From: Alphaproteobacteria bacterium | GTDB lineage: Bacteria; Pseudomonadota; Alphaproteobacteria; UBA7887 | Assembly: GCA_965216755.1 (NCBI GenBank) | Contig: CBDCGL010000011.1 | Span: forward strand, 3,072,001 to 3,136,000 | Reading direction: 5' to 3' | Length of the DNA: 64,000 bases | Shown: piece by piece, positions 9,994-19,583 of the stretch | How positions within the stretch are numbered: the stretch's first letter is position 1 | Layout of the letters: each line of letters starts with the position of its first letter | The notes under the pieces: model-generated | Seen by the model: the letters and a program-made list of their open reading frames with translations, nothing else | Databases searched by the model: none | Told to the model about the DNA's origin: nothing | Made by a program: the position numbers and the translations under genes

Positions 9994-11766
9994 ATGATCG
10001 ATCGATTGAAGCCGATATTTCGCGCGCCCATTCTCGTGGTCGCTCTCGTGCTGACCAGCACGGCGACAGCGCAGACGGATCGTGCGGCCCCTGACCGAGG
10101 CGCACCCGAGGCGGCGACCGGATTTGACGACCGGGGTGGTGCCCGGACGGCCCACGATATGATCAGTGCCGCCAATCCCCATGCGGCGCGCGCCGGATAC
10201 GACATATTGGCCCGCGGTGGATCGGCGCTTGACGCGATCATCGCGGCGCAGATGGTCCTGAATGTGGTCGAGCCGCAATCATCGGGCATCGGCGGCGGCG
10301 CGTTTTTGCTCTATTACGCGGCGGCTGAGAATGCGCTTTATACCTATGACGGGCGCGAAACAGCGCCCGCCGCCGTGACCGAAACGCTGTTTGTCGATCC
10401 CGACGGCACCACGCCCGGCTATTTGGATGCGGTTGCCGGCGGGCGCTCGGTTGGCGTACCAGGGCTGTTGCGCATGCTTGACCGCGCCCACCACGATCAC
10501 GGTCGTTTGCCATGGCGAGACCTCTTTGCAGCCGCCATCAGCCTGGCCAAAGACGGATTCGCGATCAGTCCGCGACTTCACCACTTGGCGGCGCGGGTGC
10601 CTACGCTGCGTAAGTTTCCCAAAGCCCGCGACTATCTGCTCACCACAGCGGGCGACGCCAAACCAATCGGCGCCGAGCTGCGAAATCGGCGCCTCGCGGA
10701 GACTCTCGACATCATTGCGCGTGACGGTGTCGATGCCTTTTACAGCGGCGCCATCGCCGCCGACATTGTCAATGCGGTCACCAATGCCCCCCTGAACCCG
10801 GGCGCCATGACGATCGCCGACCTGGCGGGGTATCAGGCAAAGGTCCGGGCACCGGTTTGTGCCCCCTATCGCACCTATCGGATATGCAGCATGGGCCCGC
10901 CGACATCGGGCGGCGTGACCATATTGCAGATTCTCGGCATGCTGGCACAGTTTGACATGGCGCGATTGGCACCATTCGGCGTCGATGCTAGTCATTTGTT
11001 CGCCGAAGCGAGTCGGCTTGCCTTTGCCGACCGCGATCTCTATTTGGCCGACCCCGATTTTGTCGCCGTGCCAGTGGCCGGCTTGCTTAACCGTGCCTAT
11101 CTGGCCGCGCGCGCCGCTTTGATCGACCCGCGACGCGCCAATCGGACCTCGGCCGCAGGCGCGCCGCCGGGCTTAAGCGCCGACTTCGCTTTGCCTCCGG
11201 AACAACGCGAGCCACCGTCAACGACCCATGTCAGCGTCATCGATCGCGATGGCAACGCAGCGGCGCTGACCAGCAGTATCGAATTCGCGTTTGGCTCCGG
11301 GCTGATGGCGCGGGGATTTCTGCTCAACAACCAGCTGACCGATTTTGCCCTGGTGCCGCAGCGCGCCGGCGTGCCTGTGGCCAATCGGGTCGCGCCCGGG
11401 AAACGACCGCGCAGTTCCATGGCGCCAACAATCGTCTTCGATGACTCCGGTGACCCCGCGCTGGTGATCGGGTCGCCGGGCGGCGCCAATATCATCTGCT
11501 ATGTGGTCAAAGTCATAGTCGCCGTAATCGACTGGGGACGCGACGTGCACAGCGCCATTGCCCTGCCCAATCTGTGCAATCGCAATGGCGACACACTGGT
11601 CGAAAAGGGCACGCGCCTAGAGGCCCTTACGCACGCGCTGTCGCGGCGCGGCCATGTGATCGATGTGCGGGACATGAACAGCGGCTTGCACGGCATCGCC
11701 GTGACCGCCGACGGCCTAGCCGGTGGCGCCGATCCGCGTCGGGAAGGGATCGCGCTCGGCCATTGA
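9994..11766 (+). CDS. ggt: gamma-glutamyltransferase
   Basis: Signal peptide, EPQSSGIGGG, DGRETAP, autocleavage site STTHVSVID, LNNQLTDF, KRPRSSMAP and GADPRR. Confidence 0.95.
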   Translation: MIDRLKPIFRAPILVVALVLTSTATAQTDRAAPDRGAPEAATGFDDRGGARTAHDMISAANPHAARAGYDILARGGSALDAIIAAQMVLNVVEPQSSGIGGGAFLLYYAAAENALYTYDGRETAPAAVTETLFVDPDGTTPGYLDAVAGGRSVGVPGLLRMLDRAHHDHGRLPWRDLFAAAISLAKDGFAISPRLHHLAARVPTLRKFPKARDYLLTTAGDAKPIGAELRNRRLAETLDIIARDGVDAFYSGAIAADIVNAVTNAPLNPGAMTIADLAGYQAKVRAPVCAPYRTYRICSMGPPTSGGVTILQILGMLAQFDMARLAPFGVDASHLFAEASRLAFADRDLYLADPDFVAVPVAGLLNRAYLAARAALIDPRRANRTSAAGAPPGLSADFALPPEQREPPSTTHVSVIDRDGNAAALTSSIEFAFGSGLMARGFLLNNQLTDFALVPQRAGVPVANRVAPGKRPRSSMAPTIVFDDSGDPALVIGSPGGANIICYVVKVIVAVIDWGRDVHSAIALPNLCNRNGDTLVEKGTRLEALTHALSRRGHVIDVRDMNSGLHGIAVTADGLAGGADPRREGIALGH

Positions 11767-12972
11767 GAGTTGGCCGGCTTGAAAAATATCGCCGGAAAGC
11801 ATGGCGTCGTCGATTGCGCTGCCCTGATACAGGACAATGCCGGCGGCGCGGCCGAAGGCAAGTGCCTCGGCACTATCGCAGTGATCGAGAATAAAGCGGT
11901 CGACGCCGGCCGTGGCGACGGTCGCGGCGATCCGATCGACGTCGACGGCGGGCACGCGCCAATCACAGCGATAAAAGTCCGTGCCGATCGCCGCCAAATT
12001 GAGCGCGTCCAGGCTGGCCGCGTTGACGCCATCCAAACACCACCGCAAGCCGAGATCCGCGGTCGATCGCCGCACATCCTGAAAGACGCCGAAATTGCCG
12101 AACATGTCCGCGACATGGAGCGCAACGATCAGATGCGCGGCATGGGCTTCGGCCAACCGTTGCGCAAATGACCGAAATGCCGGCGTTTGCACAGTTGTTA
12201 TGCGCAGGCGCAGCATGACCGGCAAGTGACCCGATCGTGGACTTGTGCTGCCGACCGACGCCAATAGGCGCGTATCGAAGCTTTGTGCAAATTGCTGTGC
12301 CAGCCAACTATCGTCAGGCAGATCCAAGTTCGGCATCGCCTTTTGGCGCAGCGCATCCACCGCAACATAGATATCCTCGCACAACGGGACCGGCGGGCCG
12401 TCGTCGTCCAACCGGCAGACCGCCTGGTGGCGCAAGAATGGTTCGATGTCGATCGACCTCAACCCCACTTCGAGACGCGCGTAGGGTCCGGCGTCGCGCG
12501 CGGCCGAAAAAGCATCGGTTTCCGTCGCGGCCGCGTTGCTCGCGTCGGCGCGACCCAATCGCTGCCGATACATGCTGCGGCACAGCGCCATAAAGCCCGC
12601 CCATTCGGCGGCGAGATCGTACCAAGCGGTCAGCAGTTCCGCCGCCGGCAGTGGTTCGTCAGACACGGCGCTGCCACCGCCCGCCTCTTGGACCAACGTG
12701 CAGATTTCGGCACCGGCTGCTTTGACTGCAGCCGCGTCCTGACCGGCGCATACCAACACGAGATCGTTGTTCCACAATCGAAACAGCGCATCGTCGTAGG
12801 ACGGCGCCAGAGGTTTGAGGCGCGCTTCGGCGGCAGCCAGTAACGGCTCGGTACGATCTTTGGGCAAAAGCCGCGACAACCGCACATAAAGCGCCTGATA
12901 ACCTTTGCGGCGCCGCTCGAGGCGCGCCACATAGGCGATCAGCGCTGCTTCGGGATCGGCATACTTGGTCAT
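11716..12972 (-). CDS. degenerate EAL-like domain protein (start uncertain)
   Basis: C-terminal pattern 'LRHQAVCRL...LCEDIY...WCLDG...GIVLYQG' resembles an EAL fold without an ExL motif. Overlaps ggt 3' end by 51 nt. Confidence 0.55.
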   Translation of the reverse strand: MTKYADPEAALIAYVARLERRRKGYQALYVRLSRLLPKDRTEPLLAAAEARLKPLAPSYDDALFRLWNNDLVLVCAGQDAAAVKAAGAEICTLVQEAGGGSAVSDEPLPAAELLTAWYDLAAEWAGFMALCRSMYRQRLGRADASNAAATETDAFSAARDAGPYARLEVGLRSIDIEPFLRHQAVCRLDDDGPPVPLCEDIYVAVDALRQKAMPNLDLPDDSWLAQQFAQSFDTRLLASVGSTSPRSGHLPVMLRLRITTVQTPAFRSFAQRLAEAHAAHLIVALHVADMFGNFGVFQDVRRSTADLGLRWCLDGVNAASLDALNLAAIGTDFYRCDWRVPAVDVDRIAATVATAGVDRFILDHCDSAEALAFGRAAGIVLYQGSAIDDAMLSGDIFQAGQLSMAERDPFPTRIGATG

Positions 12973-13110
12973 CGGCGACCGTCGACTCGCGGGTTTCATT
13001 GCTGATCGGATGGCGCTGCCACCGAGATGCGGCACCGACTCTTCCGGTCCGCGAGTATCAGGGTTGACGGTTAACGGATTGTAAGCGGTCGCTTATTTCA
13101 CGCGCGCTTG

Positions 13111-14487
13111 TCACACGGCATCGGGAATCGTCAGCCTGAATCGTGTGCCGCTTGGCGAGGTTTCAACCAGTTGAGCATCCCCACCGTGCAAACGCGCGAC
13201 CTCGCGAACGATTGCCAATCCCAGGCCCGTGCCGCCGGCGCGCGCCGAACCGGCAAACGGCTCAAACAAGTGCGCGCGTGCTTTGGCTGGCAGGCCCGCG
13301 CCCTGGTCCGTGACATCGATTTCGACGCCATCGGCCGGACGCCGCGCGGATATCGTTACGGTGCCGGTGCCGTTCATCGCTTCGACCGCATTGCGGCCGA
13401 GATTGAGCAAGGCCCGAAACAACTGGTCGCGATCGGCCGAGATCATCAGGTCCTTGTCCATGATGTTGCGCCACTGCGTTGGGCTATCGAGGGTCATGTC
13501 GATCGTTTCCTCAACATCGACCACCAGGTCGTGTAAACGGAATCGAGACGGACTAAACGTCGGTTCGGCATCGTGCGCATAATTCAAGGTCTGAGCACAC
13601 AAACTCACTGCGCGATCGATCGCGGTCATCAGCCGTGGCGTCACCCGCCGTACTTCGGGATCTTCGCTTTGCGCCAAGCTATCCGAGACAATCATTGCTG
13701 AGGCAAGAGAGTTGCGCAAGTCGTGGTTGATCTTGCTCATCGCGGCGCCCAGCGCCGCCAGGCGGGTCTTCTGAATCAACGACGCCCGCAATTGGCGCTG
13801 CATGGCACCCAGCGCCGACTGAGCCCGGCCGATTTCATCCTGCCGGCGCGTATACTCGATAACGTTCCGCATATCCTCAGGGTTGCGTCGAAAGGCGGCC
13901 AAATTTGCCGTGATGCGGCCCATGGGTCTGACCATCATCCATTGCAGGCTGAAATAGACCAGCGTCGCCGTCAGCAGTGAGATCACTAGACTGAGATTGA
14001 GGATTCGGCGCGAGAATTCGTGCATCGTAACCCGCATGGGAACTTCGTTGATGACGACTTCAACGATCATATCCGGCTTGCCGCGCGCCTGATCGAGCAC
14101 GCGTATGTAACGCTGCTCGGTCGATAACAAAACGGCGAAGGCGTCGAAGATCAGGCTCAGCGAGTTGACTTCGCGAAGATCAAAGGTCGCGTCGACGGCG
14201 GGCGGCATGCGCCGCGACAACATCATCATCGAGGCTTCCGCGTCGCGCAGCACGACGCCAGCGACCATGGCTTGGTCAAGGATTTGCTCTTCCAACGATT
14301 TGTCGAGCATGCCATTGGGCGCGGCCTCAAGCGCGCGCGTCGCGAGATGGCCCGACTCCAAGCGTTCGGACAAATAGGCCAAACGAAAACGCGCAATCGA
14401 CGGCACGTAAATCAGCACTTCGCCGATCAAGACGAACAACACGGTCAACAGCAAGAGCCGGCCGGACAGGCTGCGCAAGATCTTCAT
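13111..14487 (-). CDS. HAMP-domain sensor histidine kinase
   Basis: Two TM helices, HAMP domain, H-box SKINHDLRN, N-box NLGRNA, DQGAG and GGTGLGL. Confidence 0.92.
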   Translation of the reverse strand: MKILRSLSGRLLLLTVLFVLIGEVLIYVPSIARFRLAYLSERLESGHLATRALEAAPNGMLDKSLEEQILDQAMVAGVVLRDAEASMMMLSRRMPPAVDATFDLREVNSLSLIFDAFAVLLSTEQRYIRVLDQARGKPDMIVEVVINEVPMRVTMHEFSRRILNLSLVISLLTATLVYFSLQWMMVRPMGRITANLAAFRRNPEDMRNVIEYTRRQDEIGRAQSALGAMQRQLRASLIQKTRLAALGAAMSKINHDLRNSLASAMIVSDSLAQSEDPEVRRVTPRLMTAIDRAVSLCAQTLNYAHDAEPTFSPSRFRLHDLVVDVEETIDMTLDSPTQWRNIMDKDLMISADRDQLFRALLNLGRNAVEAMNGTGTVTISARRPADGVEIDVTDQGAGLPAKARAHLFEPFAGSARAGGTGLGLAIVREVARLHGGDAQLVETSPSGTRFRLTIPDAV

Positions 14488-14551
14488 ATCGGCCGCACCT
14501 TAGGCCGGTTCGCGCGCACCGCCAACGGCAACGGTGCCAAATCGGGCCACC

Positions 14552-15976
14552 TCAACCAAATCGCGAGAGAAATTTGACCAGCTTGCGCGTGCGGTCGCTG
14601 AACAGCGATGGCGTGAAATAGGCCCCGGCCGCGCGCTTGTTGATTTCACCATAGGTCGGATAGGGCGCGATCACGCTGGCCATAGCCCCGATCTTCATCT
14701 TGCGCCCGATCATCAACGCCCACGATTGCAGCAACTCGCCGGCGTGGCAACCAACGATGGAGACGCCCAACACGCGACCGCGTCCGGAGGTGATGACCTT
14801 GACCAGACCGTCTGTGTGACGTTCCGTTTGCGCCCGATCGATGTCCGCGAACGGCCAGGTAACAACACGTATGTTGGGGTCTTGTTTGCGGGCGTCGGCT
14901 TCGGTTATGCCGACCTGGCCAACTTCCGGATCCGTATAGGTCACCCACGGCACAGCCCGATAGTCGACGGAAGCCGGCAGACGGAACAACGCGCGACGAA
15001 TGATGACTCCGGCGTGATAGCCGGCCATATGGGTGAATTGATAAGGGCCGGCGACATCGCCAGCGGCGAACACGCGCCGATTGCTGGTCCGCAGACCTGG
15101 ATCGACGGCGATGCCGCGCGGGGAAAAATCGATGCCCGCGTTCTGCAATCCCAATTCTTCTACGTTCGCCTTGCGGCCGACCGCAATCAGCAGGTGTGAG
15201 CCATCAACATGGCCGGCCTCACCGCCCTGTTCGGTGTGCACACGCACGACACCGTCGTGGCGCGACACCGCCGTGACTTTGGTTTGCTCCCGCAGCGCGA
15301 CCCCTTCCGCCCGAAGCCGGTCGAGCGCCACTTTGGCGATATCCGGGTCATCCTTGGCCAAGCACTGAAACATCTCGACCACCGTCACCGCCGCGCCGAG
15401 GCGTCGGTAGGCTTGGGCAAGTTCCAGACCAATCGGGCCGCCGCCGACCACGATCAAATGCGACGGCAGAACATCATTGGCAAAGATCGTCTCGTTGGTG
15501 AAGTAAGGCGCTGCGTCCAGCCCCGTGATAGGCGGCACAAAGGGCGATGAGCCGGTGGCAATCACAAACCGCCGCGCGCGAACCGCGATGTCGCCGACCA
15601 CCACTTCGTTGGGGGCCGAGAACTGCGCCGCGCCCGGGATGACGCGCACGCCCATGCCCTCAAATCGCTCCACCGAGTCATGCGGCGCGATTGCCGCAAT
15701 CACACCCTGCACGTGATCACGCACGGCCGCCATATCGACCGCTGGCGTCGCCGACCGCACGCCGTACCGATCCGCGTCACGAAAAGCTTGCGCGGCGGCG
15801 CCCGCCGCCAACAGCGCTTTCGACGGCACGCAGCCATAATTGAGGCAATCGCCACCCATTGGGCCCTTTTCGATCAGGACAGTCTCGGCACCCATTTGGC
15901 TCGCACCCGCTGCCACCGATAACCCGGCCGATCCGGCGCCGATCACGCACATGTCGGTCTTGATCGTCTCAGCCAT
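14552..15976 (-). CDS. FAD-dependent pyridine nucleotide-disulfide oxidoreductase (dihydrolipoyl dehydrogenase/MerA-like family)
   Basis: GAGSAG, GGDCLNYGCVPSK, GGGPIG, AAGD and APYPT motifs. No C-terminal Cys pair. Confidence 0.9.
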   Translation of the reverse strand: MAETIKTDMCVIGAGSAGLSVAAGASQMGAETVLIEKGPMGGDCLNYGCVPSKALLAAGAAAQAFRDADRYGVRSATPAVDMAAVRDHVQGVIAAIAPHDSVERFEGMGVRVIPGAAQFSAPNEVVVGDIAVRARRFVIATGSSPFVPPITGLDAAPYFTNETIFANDVLPSHLIVVGGGPIGLELAQAYRRLGAAVTVVEMFQCLAKDDPDIAKVALDRLRAEGVALREQTKVTAVSRHDGVVRVHTEQGGEAGHVDGSHLLIAVGRKANVEELGLQNAGIDFSPRGIAVDPGLRTSNRRVFAAGDVAGPYQFTHMAGYHAGVIIRRALFRLPASVDYRAVPWVTYTDPEVGQVGITEADARKQDPNIRVVTWPFADIDRAQTERHTDGLVKVITSGRGRVLGVSIVGCHAGELLQSWALMIGRKMKIGAMASVIAPYPTYGEINKRAAGAYFTPSLFSDRTRKLVKFLSRFG

Positions 15977-16008
15977 GCAGCGCCTCCATCACAAGACCGA
16001 CGTGTGCC

Positions 16009-16971
16009 TTAGAAAAAGATCTTCTCCGGGTCCATGCCGTCATAGAGATGGGCGACATAGTCGCCGTAGCCGTTATAGATCCGTGTCGGCACTTTTTCAT
16101 CGAAGCCGATCAGCTCTTCTTCTGCCTGGCTCCAATCGGGGAACGGCACGTCCGGATTCACATTCGCCCAAAAGCCATACAGTTCATCGTTGATTTCGTT
16201 CCAGAACGTTTCCGGCTGCTCGTCGGTAAACGTAATGCGGGTAATCGACTTGATCGACTTGAAGCCATATTTCCAGGGAATCGCCAGGCGGATCGGCGCG
16301 CCATTTTGCTTGAGCAATGGTTCGCCATACAAGCCCGTGGCGACAAATGCCAATTCGTTGGTCGCCTCGGCGATCGTCAGGCCCTCGCTGTACGGCCACG
16401 GAAACCAGCCTTGGCGTTGACCGGGCGCAATCCAGCGATTGGAAAAGGACTCGAAGCGCACAAAGGTGGCATCACCCAGCGGCCGGGCGAAATCGACCAG
16501 GGCCTTTAACGGAAACCCGCTCCACGGCACGGTCGCCGCCCACGCTTCCACACAACGCAGTCGGTAGACGCGTTCCTCCAACGGCATGCGTTTGATCAGG
16601 TCATCAAAACTGATTTCCACGTCTTCCTCGACCAAACCATCGATTTCAACGGTCCAGTCATCGATATTCAGCTTCTGGGCGGCCTTGTGGATCCGTTTGT
16701 GCGAACCGAACTCGTAGAAATTGTTGTAGGTGGTGACCTTTTCCTTGTCGGTCAGCGTCCGCGCCACCTTGTACGTGTCGTTACGCGGAAAGGGATAGAT
16801 ATCGGCGCTCGGTTCGGCGGCAAGGGCCTGTGACATTCGCCCTCGGCCGGCGGCTGTGACCGCAACGGCGGCGGCCGCGCCGGTCAAAAAGCCGCGTCGA
16901 GAGGTCAAAAGATGGGCCGGCGTTACCATTGATTCGGGCATAGCCCAGCCCGGTTTAACCCGTGTAAGCAT
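16009..16971 (-). CDS. msrP: periplasmic methionine-sulfoxide reductase catalytic subunit (Mo), Tat-exported
   Basis: SRRGFL Tat motif, TYNNFYEFG, ERVYRLRCVEAW, QNGAPIRL.IPWKYGFKSIK and YGFWANVNP. Confidence 0.93.
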   Translation of the reverse strand: MLTRVKPGWAMPESMVTPAHLLTSRRGFLTGAAAAVAVTAAGRGRMSQALAAEPSADIYPFPRNDTYKVARTLTDKEKVTTYNNFYEFGSHKRIHKAAQKLNIDDWTVEIDGLVEEDVEISFDDLIKRMPLEERVYRLRCVEAWAATVPWSGFPLKALVDFARPLGDATFVRFESFSNRWIAPGQRQGWFPWPYSEGLTIAEATNELAFVATGLYGEPLLKQNGAPIRLAIPWKYGFKSIKSITRITFTDEQPETFWNEINDELYGFWANVNPDVPFPDWSQAEEELIGFDEKVPTRIYNGYGDYVAHLYDGMDPEKIFF

Positions 16972-17138
16972 GCGACGTCTCCACTAGGGTCTCGACATCA
17001 AGCCGGCGGCGCTCTTGTCGTTAGGTGCACCTCTGGATCCGGCGATCGGCCCTAACATAATCAGGCTGACGGGTGGCCGCCAGAAACCTGCGTTCACAGC
17101 TTCGCGCGTTGCCGTGCCCGGGCGGTGCCAATACAGCA

Positions 17139-17167
17139 CTTGAATGCGCGCGCATAGTGCCCAACAT
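17139..17167 (+). promoter_or_regulatory. putative RpoH (sigma32) promoter of the hsp20 gene
   Basis: CTTGAA-N16-CCAACAT, close to the alphaproteobacterial RpoH consensus CTTGAA-N15/16-CCTATAT, about 150 nt upstream of hsp20. Confidence 0.6.
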
Positions 17168-17257
17168 TTCAACGCATATTGGTGCCGAGTTATCGGGCCA
17201 TGTTGCAGTTGCGGCAAGGCACGCGCGGCCGCGAAAGCTCCGCGAACGCCGTGACTG

Positions 17258-17321
17258 TATTTGTGGGGCGCCCGTTTGGGCCCCGAAACCAAGACGTCGC
17301 CTGCTCAAGGAGGGGATGATG
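17258..17321 (+). promoter_or_regulatory. ROSE-like RNA thermometer in the hsp20 5'UTR
   Basis: GGGGC/GCCCC hairpin followed by cgtcgCCTGCTcaagGAGGGGATGATG. The (U/C)UGCU-like motif can pair with the SD leaving a bulged G. Confidence 0.5.
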
Positions 17322-17744
17322 TCGCGAACTTCTCTGTTTAGCAGCCCATTGCTGGTCGGGTTTGACGGCCTGGAACGGCTGCTCGAACGCGCGGCGCAGG
17401 CCACCAATGATGGCTACCCGCCCTATGATATTGAACAACTTGCGCCGGATCGCATGCGGATCACGCTGGCAGTTGCCGGATTTTCCGAGGCGGAACTGAG
17501 CATCACGGTGGAAGCCAAGCAATTGGTCATCCGTGGCAAGCAAAGCGACGATCGTTCGGAACGCCTGTTCCTGCATCGGGGCATCGCGGCGCGTCAATTT
17601 CACCGCAGCTTCGTGCTGGCCGATGATTTGGAAGTGGCTGGCGCGGCGCTGGAGAAGGGATTGCTCCATATCGATGTCGATCGTCTGTCACCGGACACAG
17701 TGGTGCGCAAGGTCGACATTCGCACCGCCAGCGGCGACGGCTGA
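17316..17744 (+). CDS. ibpA: small heat-shock protein Hsp20 (IbpA-like)
   Basis: SPLLVGFD, GYPPYDIE, RITLAVAGF, FLHRGIAARQF.RSF.L and GLLHID. SD AGGAGG. Confidence 0.9.
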   Translation: MMSRTSLFSSPLLVGFDGLERLLERAAQATNDGYPPYDIEQLAPDRMRITLAVAGFSEAELSITVEAKQLVIRGKQSDDRSERLFLHRGIAARQFHRSFVLADDLEVAGAALEKGLLHIDVDRLSPDTVVRKVDIRTASGDG

Positions 17745-17879
17745 GGCTGAAGCCCAACCCCGTTATTTGTGAAACCATAGCGCCTCGGAATACCGCGTGC
17801 CAGACGCGGCGTTGCCAAAGCCCGTTTCAGGCCTAGATAAGGATGATGAGGCTTCGAGGGCGCCGGGAGAACAAGACCC

Positions 17880-18095
17880 ATGAACGAAGCGACTTATCTT
17901 AAGTCATTGACGGCAGAGGCCTTTGCGGCCTTAGGGACCCCCTATATGGCGTACATTAAGGCGGTCCATATCGACGGTGAATCGGGTTACGCAATCCATT
18001 CAGCGGATGGCAGCCAAATGGCTGTTATGGCGGATCGCGAATTGGCCTTTGCTGCAGCCCGCCAGCATGACATGAACCCGGTCAGCGTCCACTAG
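17880..18095 (+). CDS. DUF1150 family protein
   Basis: LTAEAFAALG..MAYIK...YAIHSADG.QMAV..DRELAFAAARQHDMNPVSVH. Commonly found next to hsp20. Confidence 0.85.
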   Translation: MNEATYLKSLTAEAFAALGTPYMAYIKAVHIDGESGYAIHSADGSQMAVMADRELAFAAARQHDMNPVSVH

Positions 18096-18160
18096 ATCGA
18101 TCTTCGTTCAAACGGAGTCGTTTGAGCGAAGTTAAGTTGATCGATATCCAATAGACAGAC
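18092..18160. repeat. CTAG-starting intergenic repeat (CIR/Bru-RS-like), partial copy
   Basis: ctagatcgatcttcgttcaaacggagtcgtttgagcgaagttaagttgatcgatatccaatagacagac aligns without gaps to 46462-46530. Internal gttcaaac/gtttgagc hairpin. Confidence 0.7.
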
Positions 18161-18181
18161 CGTGCACCACAGCAGACAAGC

Positions 18182-19564
18182 CTAAGATAGCCGCAGCGCC
18201 TCAATCAGCGTCGCGAATAGGGTCGCGGGCACGTGAATGCCGTCCAAATGCCATTTGTCATTGGCCGACCCAACCTGGTCGGCGGTATCTGGATATGGAT
18301 CCAGGAACACCAGTTGATGGGCGCGCGCAGCCGCACCCAGGGCCGTGTTGAACTGCGCGACCATGTCGCGATGCGTTTGGGCCGGCACCCCTGCACGGTT
18401 GGACTGCGCCGCCGCCGGCGCGGGAATCCCCCATATCATTACCTGGCGCGTCGACGCCGCCAGCGCCGCCGCAACATGGCCGACATGGGCCGCCGCCAAT
18501 TGCTGACAATAAAGGGCCGGATCGACGTCCGGATGGCCACGCAGATAGGGCAATAGCCCTTCGTCCGGGCGGCTGTCGATTTCGCCGAACATCGTGACCA
18601 CTGGTTCGTGCGGCGGTAGACTGCCGACAATATCGGCAAATATGGCGCGCGACGGGTTGGGCGCCGGATTAAGCCGCGGCGCCAAATGCCACACCTTGGC
18701 ACCGATTACCAGATGCGGGACGACCCGCCGGTGGCATCCTTGCAAACGCACCACAGTGTGCGCCGGCGCCAAACAATGGCTGTCGCCAATCACATGCAGC
18801 GGCGCGGTTGTCGCGCTGTCGTAAAGATCGGCGTTGCTGGCCCGAAACGCCAGCAAAGCTGCCAAATAGTCGGGATAACTGAGCGCGCCGGCCAATAGTC
18901 GCCGGTCGCGAGTCGTCACCGCACCAATGCGATCGCGAATGACCTGGCGCCACGCCGTCATGCTGCGTACCAGGTCGTGGTGATCGCGGGCTTGGCGCGG
19001 TTGCGTCCGATCGAGCCAACCTTGGCACAAATCCGGACGATCGCGGACAACGCCGGCGACGGCCGCTGTCATATGGGTCGCCGCGGCTGCCAAAGGATCG
19101 ATATCAACCCGGTTTTGCGCGCGTTCTGCCAAATCGTCCAATTCCGGCCATCTTCGGGCAGCCAGCAGACACTGCGCCGACAGCAGCCAACTGCGCGCAT
19201 CCGTGGCGCCAGCGGCGATGGCGCGGGTCAAATGGTCGCTGGCCGCACCCAAGTCGCCAAGACCAAACAAGGCACTACCCAAACCGCTGGCGGCCGCGAC
19301 CGCGACCGGCGGCCGCAAGCTCGATCGGCCGCAAAGCTCGGCGAATTGGTCGTAGGCCTGGCGGTCACGGCCGTGGTGCCAGGCCAATTCAGCCGTCAGA
19401 ACCTGAAATTGGGGGTCTTCGGCCAGGTCAGGCGCGAGCGCGTCGAGAAAACCCTGCGCACGATCCAGGGCACCATCGGCGATCAGGCGCCTGACCAGGG
19501 GCAAACGCAACCGCCCTGACGCAGCGACCGTGTTTGGTGTCACCACGGCACCGACATCGCACAT
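18182..19564 (-). CDS. hypothetical protein: TPR-like N-terminus plus SGNH/GDSL-hydrolase-like C-terminus
   Basis: Helical Ala/Leu repeats, then LHVIGDSH, FGEIDSR and DGIH (DxxH). Start uncertain. Confidence 0.55.
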   Translation of the reverse strand: MCDVGAVVTPNTVAASGRLRLPLVRRLIADGALDRAQGFLDALAPDLAEDPQFQVLTAELAWHHGRDRQAYDQFAELCGRSSLRPPVAVAAASGLGSALFGLGDLGAASDHLTRAIAAGATDARSWLLSAQCLLAARRWPELDDLAERAQNRVDIDPLAAAATHMTAAVAGVVRDRPDLCQGWLDRTQPRQARDHHDLVRSMTAWRQVIRDRIGAVTTRDRRLLAGALSYPDYLAALLAFRASNADLYDSATTAPLHVIGDSHCLAPAHTVVRLQGCHRRVVPHLVIGAKVWHLAPRLNPAPNPSRAIFADIVGSLPPHEPVVTMFGEIDSRPDEGLLPYLRGHPDVDPALYCQQLAAAHVGHVAAALAASTRQVMIWGIPAPAAAQSNRAGVPAQTHRDMVAQFNTALGAAARAHQLVFLDPYPDTADQVGSANDKWHLDGIHVPATLFATLIEALRLS

Positions 19565-19583
19565 GCCAGCCGACCTCGACCCA

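Noticed and set aside
14552-15976. Mercuric reductase MerA partner for merF
   Set aside because: Lacks the C-terminal Cys-Cys pair and NmerA domain.
17133-17164. CIRCE element before hsp20
   Set aside because: AGCACT/AGTGC arms are imperfect and spaced too widely for TTAGCACTC-N9-GAGTGCTAA.
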